A stretch of DNA of 64,000 nucleotides, from positions 43,719 through 107,718 of the forward strand of contig CAAGJI010000041.1 in assembly GCA_900770195.1 (NCBI GenBank), given 5' to 3'. This stretch comes from Oscillospiraceae bacterium. GTDB lineage: Bacteria > Bacillota > Clostridia > Oscillospirales > Ruminococcaceae. The position numbers and the translations under genes were made by a program. Under the pieces are notes generated by a model. That model saw nothing but the letters and a program-made list of their open reading frames with translations. It made no database searches and was not told where the DNA came from. Shown one piece after another: positions 20,004-30,446 of this stretch; position 1 is the first letter of the stretch; each line of letters begins with the position of its first letter.

Positions 20004-21578
20004 TTACCAAGCCTTTATTTCTGTATAATCATCTGAAACTGTTACAGGATATTTTGCAAGATAACTTTCATATGTTGACTTGTATTTATCTGAAACCATA
20101 GCACCTTCAACTTTAGATTTCCAGGCTTCAACGCCTTCACCGCCATAGTAAATTATATATGTACCTTTTGAAAGTTCAAATTTTTCAACATCACCTGTTT
20201 TTCTTGAATCATCAAAAGTCCAGTCGTTTAAATCTGAAACAAGATAATTTTCAGTTACATTTTCATATAATCCGCCTGAATATTTTGTATTTTCATCATC
20301 TGAATAACTTACCGCAAGTTCAGAAAAAGCATCTTCTGTTTTGCCTTTTTTGTCATATTCTGATATTATTTCATCTGCCTTTGCAGAAACATCATCATAT
20401 TCCGCAGGGTCAAGATAAACAAGTCTTATATTTCTTGTTATTGACTCATCTTTTTCAGGTTCTGACAAAAGCATTACAACTGTATATGAATTATTTCCGC
20501 TGAAAATTTTTGTATCATTTACTTTTGTATTTTCATCGCAGAACCATTTGCTTCTTTCATCATCAGCTGAACATTCATAATCTGAAACTTTCAAATTCTG
20601 TATCTGTGCATCAATTTCGCTGTCTGATGCATCTTTATACTGTTCTTTTATATTTTTCTTTGCCCAGTTTTCAAAATCAGATTCTGTTTTTGACTTTGCT
20701 GCTTCCTGTGCATATGTATATGCTTTTTCTTCTGTTAAAGCTGAACTGTCTGAACCGTCTGATGAATATGAAAGTGTATAATAAATATAGTCGCAATTAA
20801 GAAAATCCTGCTTGTTTTCATCAAAATAAGTGTTTATTTCATCATCTGAAAAATCCATTGAATCTTTCAGGTTGTTATAATATTTCTGTGCAAGAAGTTC
20901 AAGTTCAGCTGCTTCCTGAATATCCTTTTCTGAAACATCATCACCATATTTTGAAACATCAAGATTTTCAACCATAGTTTCAGCTGACTTTTTTTCTTTA
21001 TCTGTAAGCTTGATTTTTTCACTTTTTGCACCTTCAGCAAAAACAAGAAGCTGTTTTATGTGCGGAACAAGATTGTTTTCCATAAGATAATCAAACCAAG
21101 TCTGTGAAGTGTTGTTGTAATACTGTTCCTTAGGAGATTTATCTTTGTCTATTCCATAGGAATCAAGATAATCAGCATAATTTGTAAGGAAAGAGTCATA
21201 TCCTTCCATAAAATAATAAGACATCTGTTCAGATGTTATTCCATAGTGTTTTGTTGAAGCAAAATATTCTTTCTTTTCAAAAATTCCTGTGCTTTTCACT
21301 CCATACCAGACACCAACAGGAACAGCTGCAACAACAACCGCCGCAACTGTTATAACCGCTGCAATTTTAATTTTGTCAGTTTTTCTTTTTTGTTTCTGTT
21401 CCTCTGCTCTTTTTTCACGTCTGATATTATCAAAATACTGCTGTTTATCGCTTTTATTTGATTTTTTCTGCTTTGCAGGCTGTTTTTTCATTGCCATTTC
21501 AGCATTTTTTTCTTTTTTCTGTGATTTTTTTAAAGCCTTTTCACGTGCTTTTTTTTCCTGCTCTTTTTTACTGCTCAT
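20004..21578 (-). CDS. Membrane-anchored parvulin-like (PpiC/PrsA-type) foldase, Lys-rich N-terminus
   Basis: Single TM after a K/E-rich N-terminus. The C-terminal segment (AFSELAVSYSDDENTKYSGGLYENV ... DWTF ... GTYIIYYG) matches the PpiC pattern. The start is the ATG at 21578 with AGGAAA. Confidence 0.5.
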   Translation of the reverse strand: MSSKKEQEKKAREKALKKSQKKEKNAEMAMKKQPAKQKKSNKSDKQQYFDNIRREKRAEEQKQKRKTDKIKIAAVITVAAVVVAAVPVGVWYGVKSTGIFEKKEYFASTKHYGITSEQMSYYFMEGYDSFLTNYADYLDSYGIDKDKSPKEQYYNNTSQTWFDYLMENNLVPHIKQLLVFAEGAKSEKIKLTDKEKKSAETMVENLDVSKYGDDVSEKDIQEAAELELLAQKYYNNLKDSMDFSDDEINTYFDENKQDFLNCDYIYYTLSYSSDGSDSSALTEEKAYTYAQEAAKSKTESDFENWAKKNIKEQYKDASDSEIDAQIQNLKVSDYECSADDERSKWFCDENTKVNDTKIFSGNNSYTVVMLLSEPEKDESITRNIRLVYLDPAEYDDVSAKADEIISEYDKKGKTEDAFSELAVSYSDDENTKYSGGLYENVTENYLVSDLNDWTFDDSRKTGDVEKFELSKGTYIIYYGGEGVEAWKSKVEGAMVSDKYKSTYESYLAKYPVTVSDDYTEIKAW

Positions 21579-21604
21579 TTCAACATTTCCTTTCACTCAT
21601 AAAT

Positions 21605-21932
21605 TACTGAACAGGTACGACACATATAAATTCAAGTATGTCATCACTGTCATTTATAAGTGAATGTTCATGACCTTTCGGGCAATAATGAACAAGTCCT
21701 TCTGAAACTTTTTCATACTCTCCGTCCATAAGCATTTGCCTTTTCCTTTAAGAACATACAAAATTTCACTGTTTATTTCGTGCTTATGCAATCCAATTGA
21801 ACAACCCGGTTCAAGTTTGCCTTTCATTATTCTGTTTTTTTCATCATTAAACATTCTTGCAGAGATAAAACCCTCGCCGCCGTTGAAATGTTCGATTTTT
21901 GTATTTTCTATATCATTAAAATTGATAATCAT
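21605..21932 (-). pseudogene. Cupin-domain protein, apparent +1/-1 frameshift near 21735-21745
   Basis: Cupin motif 1 (GLHKHEINSEILYVLKGKGK) is in one frame. Motif 2 (LVHYCPKGHEHSLINDSDDILEF) follows in another frame. The junction is in the A/G-rich run aaaggaaaaggcaaa. Confidence 0.55.
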
Positions 21933-22377
21933 CTAAATTCACCTTTCCGTCAATTATCATATCTCTTTCTGCTTTTCCGTCTATTAAATCCTGAAGAGTT
22001 ATTGCATCGAGATAGCTTGTTATTATTTTGTAAAGTCCTTTCCACATAGGCAGAGTCTGACAACTTTCTGACCTGTCACAATCTATAACATCCGTTTCAA
22101 GGCACGAAACAGGTGCAAGATTTCTTTCTGTAATTCTTAAAATAGAACCTATTTTATAATCTTTAGGCATTTTTAAAAGTCTGTAACCGCCGTTCGCACC
22201 TCTTGAGGCTTTAAGTATTCCCGCACCTGACAGAAGCGGAAGTATTTGTTCAAGATATTTTCTTGATATATTCTGACGTGCCGAAATATCCCTCACAGAT
22301 ACATATCCGTCATCCTGATTTTCAGCAAGGTCGAGAAGAAATCTTATCGCATATCGACCCTTTGTCGAGATTTTCAT
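21916..22377 (-). CDS. Rrf2-family (IscR/CymR-like) transcriptional regulator
   Basis: N-terminal wHTH (KGRYAIRFLLDLA) and a three-Cys cluster (SCLETDVIDCDRSESC). Its 3-prime end overlaps the cupin gene. Confidence 0.85.
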   Translation of the reverse strand: MKISTKGRYAIRFLLDLAENQDDGYVSVRDISARQNISRKYLEQILPLLSGAGILKASRGANGGYRLLKMPKDYKIGSILRITERNLAPVSCLETDVIDCDRSESCQTLPMWKGLYKIITSYLDAITLQDLIDGKAERDMIIDGKVNLDDYQF

Positions 22378-22420
22378 TTATATCACCTTCCAATTGTATT
22401 TTAAAAACTGTATACCTTAT

Positions 22421-22449
22421 ATTATACAACAATTTTAATAGGAATACAA
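22421..22449 (-). promoter_or_regulatory. Candidate promoter for the rrf2-cupin operon
   Basis: On the minus strand: TTGTAT, a 17-bp spacer, then TATAAT. Confidence 0.35.
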
Positions 22450-22567
22450 GTCTTTTTTTGAGAATTTGACATAAATCAATTTTTATAATGATAATTAAGG
22501 TATCATCTGCGGATATATATTCAAAAATCCCCTGAACACATCAGCATTCGGGGGATTGATTTTTATT

Positions 22568-24079
22568 TTATGTATTCACAGGAAGCGAATCACATGTTCC
22601 AACAATTAATTTTAATATTGCAAGAGTGTCAGAAGAATTAACTTGTTTATCAAGCAGGCAATCTGCTGCTTTAAGCTGTATATCTGTTAATGTGGCACTT
22701 TTAACAAGATATTTATTAATCAAAACTGCATCCGCGATTGTTACTTTTCCGTCTAAATTAATATCACCATAAATTACTGATATATTAACACTTTCTGTTT
22801 CAGATAATTCTTCAGTTGTTATTATTGTTTGTGATTCGGTTATAGGTTGTGTAAATGCAATAATTGTAATTGTTACTGAATCCGTATTTCCAACTCCATC
22901 TACAATCGTTATTTTTACAATACCAGGTCTGAGAGCCGTAACTGTCCCATCAGGACTTATTACAACTCTTTCATTATCTGATGCTACAAATTTATAATTT
23001 TCATCTCCACCTGTTACTATTATTTTAATTTTATCGCCTTGAGTAAGTTCTGATGTTTTAGGTAAAGCACTCACAGGAGCATACGTTTCTAATGTTGTTT
23101 CAATTTCACTGTTAATTGCATTCAAAATTTTAGACCTTGCATTATCAATTTTCAGAAGATTCGACTTATACGGCTCTTTAAGTGAATTATATGAAGATTT
23201 AATTTTTTCATCACTAACTTTTTTTTCGTCAAGAAATGATATTATATCGGCAGCCAAATAAAGATGCCCTGCTTGATTTGGATGAATGTCCATATCTTCA
23301 ATATTTGTTAAAGTTTCTCCATGATTTGCAAAGTTTGTGTATGTATCAAGGATTTGAATGTTATCATAACTTTTTGCGTATCTTTCATAATATTTCTTCA
23401 TTGAATCGCAATAGAGGGACATCTTAATATTTAACATATCAAGACAACTTTTATAAGGTGCCCACTCTGAACTTGATGTATCTATGCTGAAAGGATTGTA
23501 TACCGTCTGAAAAACAACTTTTCCGCTTGTATGCTCTGAAATATAATCAAAACATGGTTTAACATAATATTTAGAAATTTGTGTTGGAGAAATATTTTGG
23601 CTAAGTTCATTAAAAAAATCATCCCACATTTGCTGATCTTTTGAATTGCTAAAATCAAATACATCAAGAAGTTCTTTAAAATTTGTATAGGTATCATAAT
23701 TATAACCATACTTCTTTGTAACATTCAAAAAAATCTCAACAATAGGTGAAAAAATATCATTTTCGCCTATTGTTACAAAGACATAATCAGCTTTGCTCAA
23801 TTCAGTGTCATAATTTCCGTTTTCAAGTCCTATTTTAAGTTCTTCCGCCATCAATCCATTTTTTGCCTCGTTAATACATTCTGCACCACAATAATCTGCA
23901 AAAAGACTTGCATATGAATTATTTGTATCTGAAAGTCCATAACCTGTTGAAATGCTGTCACCCAATACTAAAACTGTTGGTGCTTTTGCTGATGCTGCTG
24001 TAGCTAATAAAAAAATTGATACAGTTGAAATAAGCATAGCCGCACCGACCGCCGCTGAAATAAATTTTTTCAAATTCAT
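22568..24079 (-). CDS. Secreted SGNH/GDSL hydrolase with Ig-like domain and C-terminal type I dockerin
   Basis: Signal peptide. GDSIS block I. C-terminal duplicated dockerin repeat (DINLDGKVTIADAVL ... NSSDTLAILK). Start at 24079 with an AGGAG RBS. Confidence 0.8.
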   Translation of the reverse strand: MNLKKFISAAVGAAMLISTVSIFLLATAASAKAPTVLVLGDSISTGYGLSDTNNSYASLFADYCGAECINEAKNGLMAEELKIGLENGNYDTELSKADYVFVTIGENDIFSPIVEIFLNVTKKYGYNYDTYTNFKELLDVFDFSNSKDQQMWDDFFNELSQNISPTQISKYYVKPCFDYISEHTSGKVVFQTVYNPFSIDTSSSEWAPYKSCLDMLNIKMSLYCDSMKKYYERYAKSYDNIQILDTYTNFANHGETLTNIEDMDIHPNQAGHLYLAADIISFLDEKKVSDEKIKSSYNSLKEPYKSNLLKIDNARSKILNAINSEIETTLETYAPVSALPKTSELTQGDKIKIIVTGGDENYKFVASDNERVVISPDGTVTALRPGIVKITIVDGVGNTDSVTITIIAFTQPITESQTIITTEELSETESVNISVIYGDINLDGKVTIADAVLINKYLVKSATLTDIQLKAADCLLDKQVNSSDTLAILKLIVGTCDSLPVNT

Positions 24080-24269
24080 TTTTTTATCGCTCCTCATATA
24101 ATATTTAATTTGTGTAATTGTTAATTACATAATTAATTATACATCTTATTGAAAAATATTGATAGATGTTTATGTTAATTTTTTATAAATTATATAAATT
24201 ATAAAACAAACACACCTCAAAGCCGACGAATAACACTCATAAAAAATATTTTGAATTTTAAAAAAAGAC

Positions 24270-24298
24270 TTGACAAACAAAAAAAAATATGCTATAAT
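24270..24298 (+). promoter_or_regulatory. Sigma-A consensus promoter for tRNA-Leu
   Basis: TTGACA, a 17-bp spacer, then TATAAT. The tRNA starts about 10 nt downstream. Confidence 0.6.
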
Positions 24299-24307
24299 CT
24301 TAAAAGT

Positions 24308-24394
24308 GCCGGTATGTCGGAATTGGCAGACGAGACAGACTCAAAATCTGTTGTCAGTAATGGCGTGTGGGTTCAAGTCCCACTACCGGCACCA
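24308..24394 (+). tRNA. tRNA-Leu (anticodon CAA), type II with long variable arm
   Basis: Acceptor GCCGGTA/TACCGGC plus A plus CCA. Anticodon loop CUCAAAA. Long variable arm. T-arm GGTTCAAGTCC. Confidence 0.85.
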
Positions 24395-24600
24395 AAAGTG
24401 AAAAGTCTATTTATAAAGTAAATCGGTTGTATCGCCTTGATATAGCCGATTTTTTTAATGGTAATTTTAATCATGATGGAAACTTATACAAAGTTAGCCA
24501 AACCTACCCAAAACAAACAAAAAAGTTGAATAAAAAAATATCATAAGTAAAGTAATAATCAAAGATAAACGCCTGATTTAGTAAATTTTTTGTTAAACGG

Positions 24601-24629
24601 TTGACAATTGCGTAGATTTATGATATACT
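24601..24629 (+). promoter_or_regulatory. Promoter for the 898-aa dockerin protein gene
   Basis: TTGACA, a 17-bp spacer, then TATACT. Confidence 0.45.
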
Positions 24630-24751
24630 TTATACGATTAGTTGAAGCTAACAAAAATATATAGATACAGGCTTGTTTCTCATTTGAAAGAAGTTTTTTA
24701 AATTAAAATACGGTTAGCATATACTAACAAATATTTACAAAGGAGAAAAAA

Positions 24752-27448
24752 ATGAAGAAAATCAAATCATTATTATGTGCTTTATCAAGCATTACAATAG
24801 CTGCAACAAGCATTGGAGCGGCTATTCCGACGGTTATGGCAGCTGAAACGGCAGAAACAACAGTTGCCGCTGATGAAGCAGCAACAGGTTATCATTATGT
24901 TTACGCAGGTCTTACATGGGCTGAGTATTGGGCAAATGAAGGCGTTTACAACGCTGATGATGTAACTTCAAGTGAAGAAAAAGATTCACATGATGAAACT
25001 GACAAAGGCGGATTTGATGCTGTTTCAAGAGCAACAACAAATCACGGACTTCACAGAGGAAGCTATCAGTGTATGACTACAATTGAAACCGAAGACGGTT
25101 CAAAATATGGAGTTTCATACTGGACAAGTGAAAAAGATGATAATGGAAAAGTAACAAAAACAATTCTCCATACAACAGACGGTGAAGAAGTTACTTTTGC
25201 AAAAGGCGTTCTTACATTTGCAGATGGCACAAGCAAAAAAATGGTTGATTATGACGTAACAGGTCTTAAATATATTCCTGTTGCTGTTGCAGATGCTGAT
25301 TATGAAGATTTCCGCAAGAATTATACAGTTGTTGAAAATGGTGGCCAGCTGGTTGGAGGTTACTCAGAAGGAAACCTTAAATCATATGACTTCAAATCTG
25401 ATGTTACAGCTGATACAAACGGCTTAAAAGAAGCTGTTAAAAATTCTGATGGAACATTTAGTTTCAAGAGCCGTTCAACAGGCAAGGGTTCAGGTATTGC
25501 TGATACAGCTTTAAAGACTGTTGCTGATACTGTTGTAGCTACTGTTAAACCTGGAGAAGGAAACTATGGTGAATTTTTAAGAGTTGACCTTACAGGTGAA
25601 GGATATGGTGAACTTGGCGAAGCAATGCAGGCTGTAAAGTGGACATACTATGGTTCAGATTCAACACGCACAAATGCACTTCAGACATACGGAACAAAGT
25701 TTGCAGCAGATAACTGGATGCACAAAGCAATGGGTATTCAGCTGGGTTTAACTGATTCAGCAAGATGCCAGCTTCCTGAAGGCACAGACGGCACAGGTTA
25801 CTGGTCACTTACTGTTTATGCTCTCGGATATGAAGATTACACTGTTAATTTTGAAGCAACAGAAGAAAACATATACAAAGAACCTGAATATGTTTATGGT
25901 ACAATGGATATTCCATATAACGACTTTTTCAAAGCAGAAGGAAAATTTGAAAAAGTTGATGCTGTTTCATCTGCAACGAAAAAGAAATTTATGATGAACG
26001 ATAAAGGTGGATTATCAGAAGGTACATATAATACGGTAAAAAAAGATGCTGAAGAAAATGTAACAGGCGGTACAATAGAGGGTGTTACATATCCTGTTGC
26101 AGTTGACAGGGCAGTAATTGAAAAATATCCTGAAATAGTTAATAAATACAATTTCAAAGAAAATGAAGATCAGACAGCTATTCCTGAAGCATACAAAATA
26201 TTTACATACGACAGTGCAGACGGAGATGTTGATTTTTCAAAAGTTAAGGACAAAACACCTGTCACAAAATCAGATGTTAAAGTTTCACTTGAAACAAGTA
26301 CAAAATATGGCGATTATCAGCTTAAATTTGAATCAGATCCATATGATAAAACAACAGATGTTTTCTATGGTGCAGTCATAACAACAGATGACGACAAAAC
26401 ATATCCTATGACAATTCTTGAAAACTGGTGGAGACCAAAGAATGAACTTGCCTGGTCAATCGGTTTCATAGGTAGTGAAAAGAGCAAAGTTCACGGTGCA
26501 AATGTACTCAGATTTGATGAAACAAAGGATCTTACGGATAAGACAATCAAGTCTGTAAAGTTCATCACATCATCAGGTTATACAACAGTAAACACAGACA
26601 TTTATCTTCCTAAGAAAACAGGTCTTGATGCTGATGTTATCAAGGTTGCAGATGCAAAGATTACAGATGGAAAATCTGCTGTTACTGTAAATCTTCCAAC
26701 AGATTACAAGACTGTTTACACTTCTGAACCATCAGGAATTACAGTTGAAAACGGAAACGTTGTTTTCTCTGAAAAAACTCTTCCTGGAAAATACACACTT
26801 ACAGTAAGCGATGAAAGTGGTAAAAATGTAAGCTATAGCACATCATTTATTCTTTCAACAGATGCAGCAGCTGCAACTGTAAGCAAAGATGGCAAGAGCA
26901 TTGCAGCTGCAAACGGAGTTTCAGCAGATGCATTCTCAAATTATATCAAGAATATAGCATCTGTTAAGGTTGGCGACAAGTCATATAGTGCAAGCGGAAA
27001 AGGCAGTGTAAAACTCATCAATGATGATGGTACTATAAATGAATCTGTTACAGCAAAGGACAAAGAGGGCAACGAAAAAACAACCGACTACATCAAGTCA
27101 GGAGATGTTATCACTATTTCAGCAAACGGTTATGCAGATATTACTTTAACATATGGTAAGGCTGCTGATGAACCAACAACAGAACCTGTTGTTAAGAAGA
27201 GCAAAGGTGATGTAAACGGTGATAAAAATGTAGATTCAAAAGACGCTGTTCTTATATTACAGTACTATGCAAAGAGCCTTGTAGACAGCAGTTCAGCAAC
27301 TATTGATATTGATGCAGCTGATTTAAATGATGACAAAAAGGCTGATTCAAAGGATGCTGTTCTTGTACTCCAGTACTATGCTAAGGCATTAGTAGACGGC
27401 GATAAAGCAGTTTCAGTTGAAGAATTTCTTAAAAGCAAAAACAAGTAA
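24752..27448 (+). CDS. Secreted 898-aa protein of unknown function with C-terminal Ruminococcus-type dockerin
   Basis: Signal peptide. RBS AAAGGAG. C-terminal tandem dockerin segments (GDVNGDKNVDSKDAVLILQYYAK / LNDDKKADSKDAVLVLQYYAK). Confidence 0.75.
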   Translation: MKKIKSLLCALSSITIAATSIGAAIPTVMAAETAETTVAADEAATGYHYVYAGLTWAEYWANEGVYNADDVTSSEEKDSHDETDKGGFDAVSRATTNHGLHRGSYQCMTTIETEDGSKYGVSYWTSEKDDNGKVTKTILHTTDGEEVTFAKGVLTFADGTSKKMVDYDVTGLKYIPVAVADADYEDFRKNYTVVENGGQLVGGYSEGNLKSYDFKSDVTADTNGLKEAVKNSDGTFSFKSRSTGKGSGIADTALKTVADTVVATVKPGEGNYGEFLRVDLTGEGYGELGEAMQAVKWTYYGSDSTRTNALQTYGTKFAADNWMHKAMGIQLGLTDSARCQLPEGTDGTGYWSLTVYALGYEDYTVNFEATEENIYKEPEYVYGTMDIPYNDFFKAEGKFEKVDAVSSATKKKFMMNDKGGLSEGTYNTVKKDAEENVTGGTIEGVTYPVAVDRAVIEKYPEIVNKYNFKENEDQTAIPEAYKIFTYDSADGDVDFSKVKDKTPVTKSDVKVSLETSTKYGDYQLKFESDPYDKTTDVFYGAVITTDDDKTYPMTILENWWRPKNELAWSIGFIGSEKSKVHGANVLRFDETKDLTDKTIKSVKFITSSGYTTVNTDIYLPKKTGLDADVIKVADAKITDGKSAVTVNLPTDYKTVYTSEPSGITVENGNVVFSEKTLPGKYTLTVSDESGKNVSYSTSFILSTDAAAATVSKDGKSIAAANGVSADAFSNYIKNIASVKVGDKSYSASGKGSVKLINDDGTINESVTAKDKEGNEKTTDYIKSGDVITISANGYADITLTYGKAADEPTTEPVVKKSKGDVNGDKNVDSKDAVLILQYYAKSLVDSSSATIDIDAADLNDDKKADSKDAVLVLQYYAKALVDGDKAVSVEEFLKSKNK

Positions 27449-27460
27449 ATTTTAAAAATA

Positions 27461-27515
27461 ATCCTGCATTGCTCTTTTTCGCATGAAAATGCAGCAAATG
27501 CAGGATATTTGTTTT
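27461..27515 (+). terminator. Terminator after the dockerin protein gene
   Basis: Stem atcctgcatt / aatgcaggat with a structured loop, then ATTTGTTTT. Confidence 0.5.
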
Positions 27516-27535
27516 ATGAGGTAAAAATAAGGGTA

Positions 27536-28648
27536 ATGAAAAAAATAATTATATATGCATCTGTTCTGGCACTTATGCTTTGCGGTTGTCAGATTGATAA
27601 AAATTCAGATAAAACAAAAGATGAAGCTACCGAATCAGTTTCAGAAACATCCCAGACAGATGAAGAACTTGCTCCGCAAATTTATGAGGGCGATGAAGAA
27701 AATCCATCAACACTTGATATATTTGCAATGGATACTTATATGAATGTAAAAGCATATGGTGAAAATTCATATGATGCTTTAATACTTTCATCAGATGAAA
27801 TACAAAAACTTGAAGATATTTTTTCTGTAACAAATAAAGATAGTGAAATATCAAAAATAAATAACTCGGCAGGAAATTTTTGCGAAGTTTCAAAAGATAC
27901 TTCAAGCATAATAAAAACAGCACTTAATTATTGCAAAAAAACAGATGGTGCTCTTGATATTTCAATTTATCCTGTACTAAGAGAATGGGGTTTCACAACA
28001 GGTGAATACAAAGTACCTGATGACGAAATAATTAAAAATCTTTTGAAAAATACAGGCTATGAAAAAATTGAAACAGATGAAAACAAAATTAAAATTCCCG
28101 AAAATTATGAGATAGATTTAGGTTCAGTTGCAAAGGGTTACACAAGCGACAAAGTCTCGGAAATTCTTTCAGAAAACGGCGTTGAATCGGCACTTTTAAA
28201 CCTTGGAGGAAATGTGCAGGCTGTCGGAAGCAAACCCGATGGTTCAGATTGGAAGGTTGCAGTTGTAAACCCGTTTGATGAATCAGAAAATTTATGCTCA
28301 ATAAAAATAAATAATAAAGCCGTCATAACTTCAGGTAATTACGAACGCTATTTCACAGATGACAACGGCAATAAATACTGGCACATAATAGACCCCAAAA
28401 CAGGTTCACCTGCAAGAAGCGGAATTGTTTCGGCTACCATTGTAGGAGAAAAAGGTGTTATTTGTGATGCACTTTCAACTTCCCTTTTCGTTCTTGGAAC
28501 TGAAAAAGCTATTGACTACTGGAATGAAAACGGAACTGATTTTGAAATAATTCTTGTTACTGATGATAAAGAAATATATGTCAGTGAAGGGTTGACAGAT
28601 TCATTTGAAAATCTTTCAGATATGAAGGTGAATGTTGTTGAAAGATAA
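27536..28648 (+). CDS. apbE: FAD:protein FMN transferase (ApbE/Ftp), lipoprotein
   Basis: Lipobox LMLCGC. ApbE family segments (DLGSVAKGY, ITSGNYERYF, HIIDPKTGSPA). Confidence 0.85.
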   Translation: MKKIIIYASVLALMLCGCQIDKNSDKTKDEATESVSETSQTDEELAPQIYEGDEENPSTLDIFAMDTYMNVKAYGENSYDALILSSDEIQKLEDIFSVTNKDSEISKINNSAGNFCEVSKDTSSIIKTALNYCKKTDGALDISIYPVLREWGFTTGEYKVPDDEIIKNLLKNTGYEKIETDENKIKIPENYEIDLGSVAKGYTSDKVSEILSENGVESALLNLGGNVQAVGSKPDGSDWKVAVVNPFDESENLCSIKINNKAVITSGNYERYFTDDNGNKYWHIIDPKTGSPARSGIVSATIVGEKGVICDALSTSLFVLGTEKAIDYWNENGTDFEIILVTDDKEIYVSEGLTDSFENLSDMKVNVVER

Positions 28649-29015
28649 AAAAAATATAATCATTTTACTTTCCATAATTGCTGTTATAGTAATCGGCTCG
28701 GTTATCGGAATATTTTATGTTTCAAGACCATCTGAATCAAATACTGTTGAAATTGTAAGCAATGGAAAAGTCATAAGAACATTAAATCTTTCAACTGAAA
28801 AAAATAATTCTTTTGAAGTTGAAAACAACGGAAAAATCAATGTCATTGAGATAAAAAACGGCAGAATAAGAGTTAAATCAGCAGACTGTCCCGACAAAGT
28901 CTGTGTTGATTCGGGATGGCTTAAATCCTCTGATTTACCTATAGTTTGCCTGCCTAATAAACTTATAATAAGATTTACTGAAAACAGCGATGACATAGAT
29001 TCTGTTTCAAAATAG
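28632..29015 (+). CDS. NusG domain II-containing membrane protein (DUF1312)
   Basis: N-terminal TM, then ADCPDKVCV. It is co-operonic with apbE and the Gx transporter. Confidence 0.65.
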   Translation: MLLKDKKNIIILLSIIAVIVIGSVIGIFYVSRPSESNTVEIVSNGKVIRTLNLSTEKNNSFEVENNGKINVIEIKNGRIRVKSADCPDKVCVDSGWLKSSDLPIVCLPNKLIIRFTENSDDIDSVSK

Positions 29016-29023
29016 GAGAGAAA

Positions 29024-29515
29024 ATGAGTGTAAAAAAAATATCACGTCTTGGACTTTTAACAGCGATTGCCCTTATACTTTTCATTGTTGAACTTAGAAT
29101 ACCGAACCTTGTTCCTATTCCCGGTGTTAAACTTGGACTTGCAAATATTGTGACAATTTTTGCTTTATACAGATATAAACCCTCGGAAACAGCACTTATT
29201 CTCATAGCAAGAATATTGCTTGGATCGATATTTTCGGGGAATATGTCATCAATGATTTACAGTATTTCAGGAGCGATTTTATGCTTTGCAGGAATGATTT
29301 TTCTTTGCAAAATAGTTCCAGAAAAATATATGTGGATAGCGAGTATATTAGGTGCGGTTCTTCATAATATAGGGCAGACAATTGCAGCTGTTATACTTAT
29401 GGGAACTTTTTCAGTTATTGCATATCTTCCGTTTTTAATGCTTTCAGGCTGTATTGCAGGACTTTTTACGGGACTTTGTGCATCTTTTCTGACATCAAGA
29501 TTAAAAATAAAATAA
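29024..29515 (+). CDS. Gx transporter family protein (heptaprenyl diphosphate synthase component I-like)
   Basis: Small polytopic membrane protein. RBS AGGAGA. Confidence 0.65.
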   Translation: MSVKKISRLGLLTAIALILFIVELRIPNLVPIPGVKLGLANIVTIFALYRYKPSETALILIARILLGSIFSGNMSSMIYSISGAILCFAGMIFLCKIVPEKYMWIASILGAVLHNIGQTIAAVILMGTFSVIAYLPFLMLSGCIAGLFTGLCASFLTSRLKIK

Positions 29516-29524
29516 ATACAAAAT

Positions 29525-29557
29525 AAAGGCACATTATCAGATTGGTAATGTGCCTTT
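29525..29557. terminator. Bidirectional terminator between the convergent Gx and polyferredoxin genes
   Basis: 12-bp stem aaaggcacatta / taatgtgccttt. It is T-rich on the minus-strand side. Confidence 0.6.
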
Positions 29558-29567
29558 CTATAATCAT

Positions 29568-30446
29568 TTATACATTTGCAAGTATCATAACGCCGATAAG
29601 AAGAACCGCCCTGATAATTGTAAACCATATTTCATTGCCTCTGAAACCGCCTGTGCAGCCTCTGCAACTCTTTTTAGGACAGATGTCAATGCATTTACCA
29701 CATTGGAAACAATCGCCATTTTGTTCCCACGTGCCTTCGTAGGGAAGTTCAAGGTCTGACGGACATACTTTCTGACAGGCTTTGCAGCCTTTAATACATT
29801 TATCTTTATTTCTTCTGATTTTAAAGAACGGCAGAACAGGAAGAAGTGAAAATACTGCTCCCATAGGACAAAGAAAACGGCAGAAAAATCTGTCTGCAAA
29901 TACCATTCCAACCATTATTGCAAGTAAAATAATTACTCCGAGTATGTATTTTCCAAAATGAATATTTCCTGAAGTTATCATTGAAAAAACGTCCCACGGA
30001 CTCCAGCCGGAAATATTTCCGTAAACTCCAAGAAAACAAAGCAGAACAATAACAAACAAAACAATATATTTTATAAAAGAAAGATATTTAGATATTTTCG
30101 GATTAATTGAAACCGCTTTTTTCTTTCTTTTTTTGCATATAAAAATATAAATTTCTCTTATAAAATCTCCAAGTGTTCCAAACGGACAAGCATACCCGCA
30201 AAAAAATCTTCCGAAAATTATTGTATATACACACAGCGAAATAAACACCGTAATAAATGCACTTAGTTCAACCGCCTGCCTGAGTCCAAACTGCGTAAAA
30301 ATATATTTTATTCCTGAAAAGGCGGAAGTAAATGCCGACGGAAAGAAAATAAAAAATATTATCTGACATATCCATCTTAATGTTCTGTTTAAAGTTTTTC
30401 TATTTTTAGGATTTTTCGCATTCGTTAGTATATCTTTTACAGTCAT
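29568..30446 (-). CDS. Membrane-bound polyferredoxin (NapH/MauN-like, 4Fe-4S)
   Basis: TM helices plus CxxCxxCxxxCP-like motifs (CGYACPFG, CRFLCPMG, CKACQKVCP, CGKCIDICP). Confidence 0.75.
   Translation of the reverse strand: MTVKDILTNAKNPKNRKTLNRTLRWICQIIFFIFFPSAFTSAFSGIKYIFTQFGLRQAVELSAFITVFISLCVYTIIFGRFFCGYACPFGTLGDFIREIYIFICKKRKKKAVSINPKISKYLSFIKYIVLFVIVLLCFLGVYGNISGWSPWDVFSMITSGNIHFGKYILGVIILLAIMVGMVFADRFFCRFLCPMGAVFSLLPVLPFFKIRRNKDKCIKGCKACQKVCPSDLELPYEGTWEQNGDCFQCGKCIDICPKKSCRGCTGGFRGNEIWFTIIRAVLLIGVMILANV

Noticed and set aside
21736-21936. Plus-strand 66-aa ORF over the cupin locus
   Set aside because: It is antisense to the cupin coding region. The cupin motifs clearly define the minus-strand gene.
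22466-22494. Plus-strand TTGACA ... TATAAT near 22466
   Set aside because: The spacer is only 12 nt. The element would point into the 3-prime end of a convergent minus-strand gene. It is not a functional promoter.
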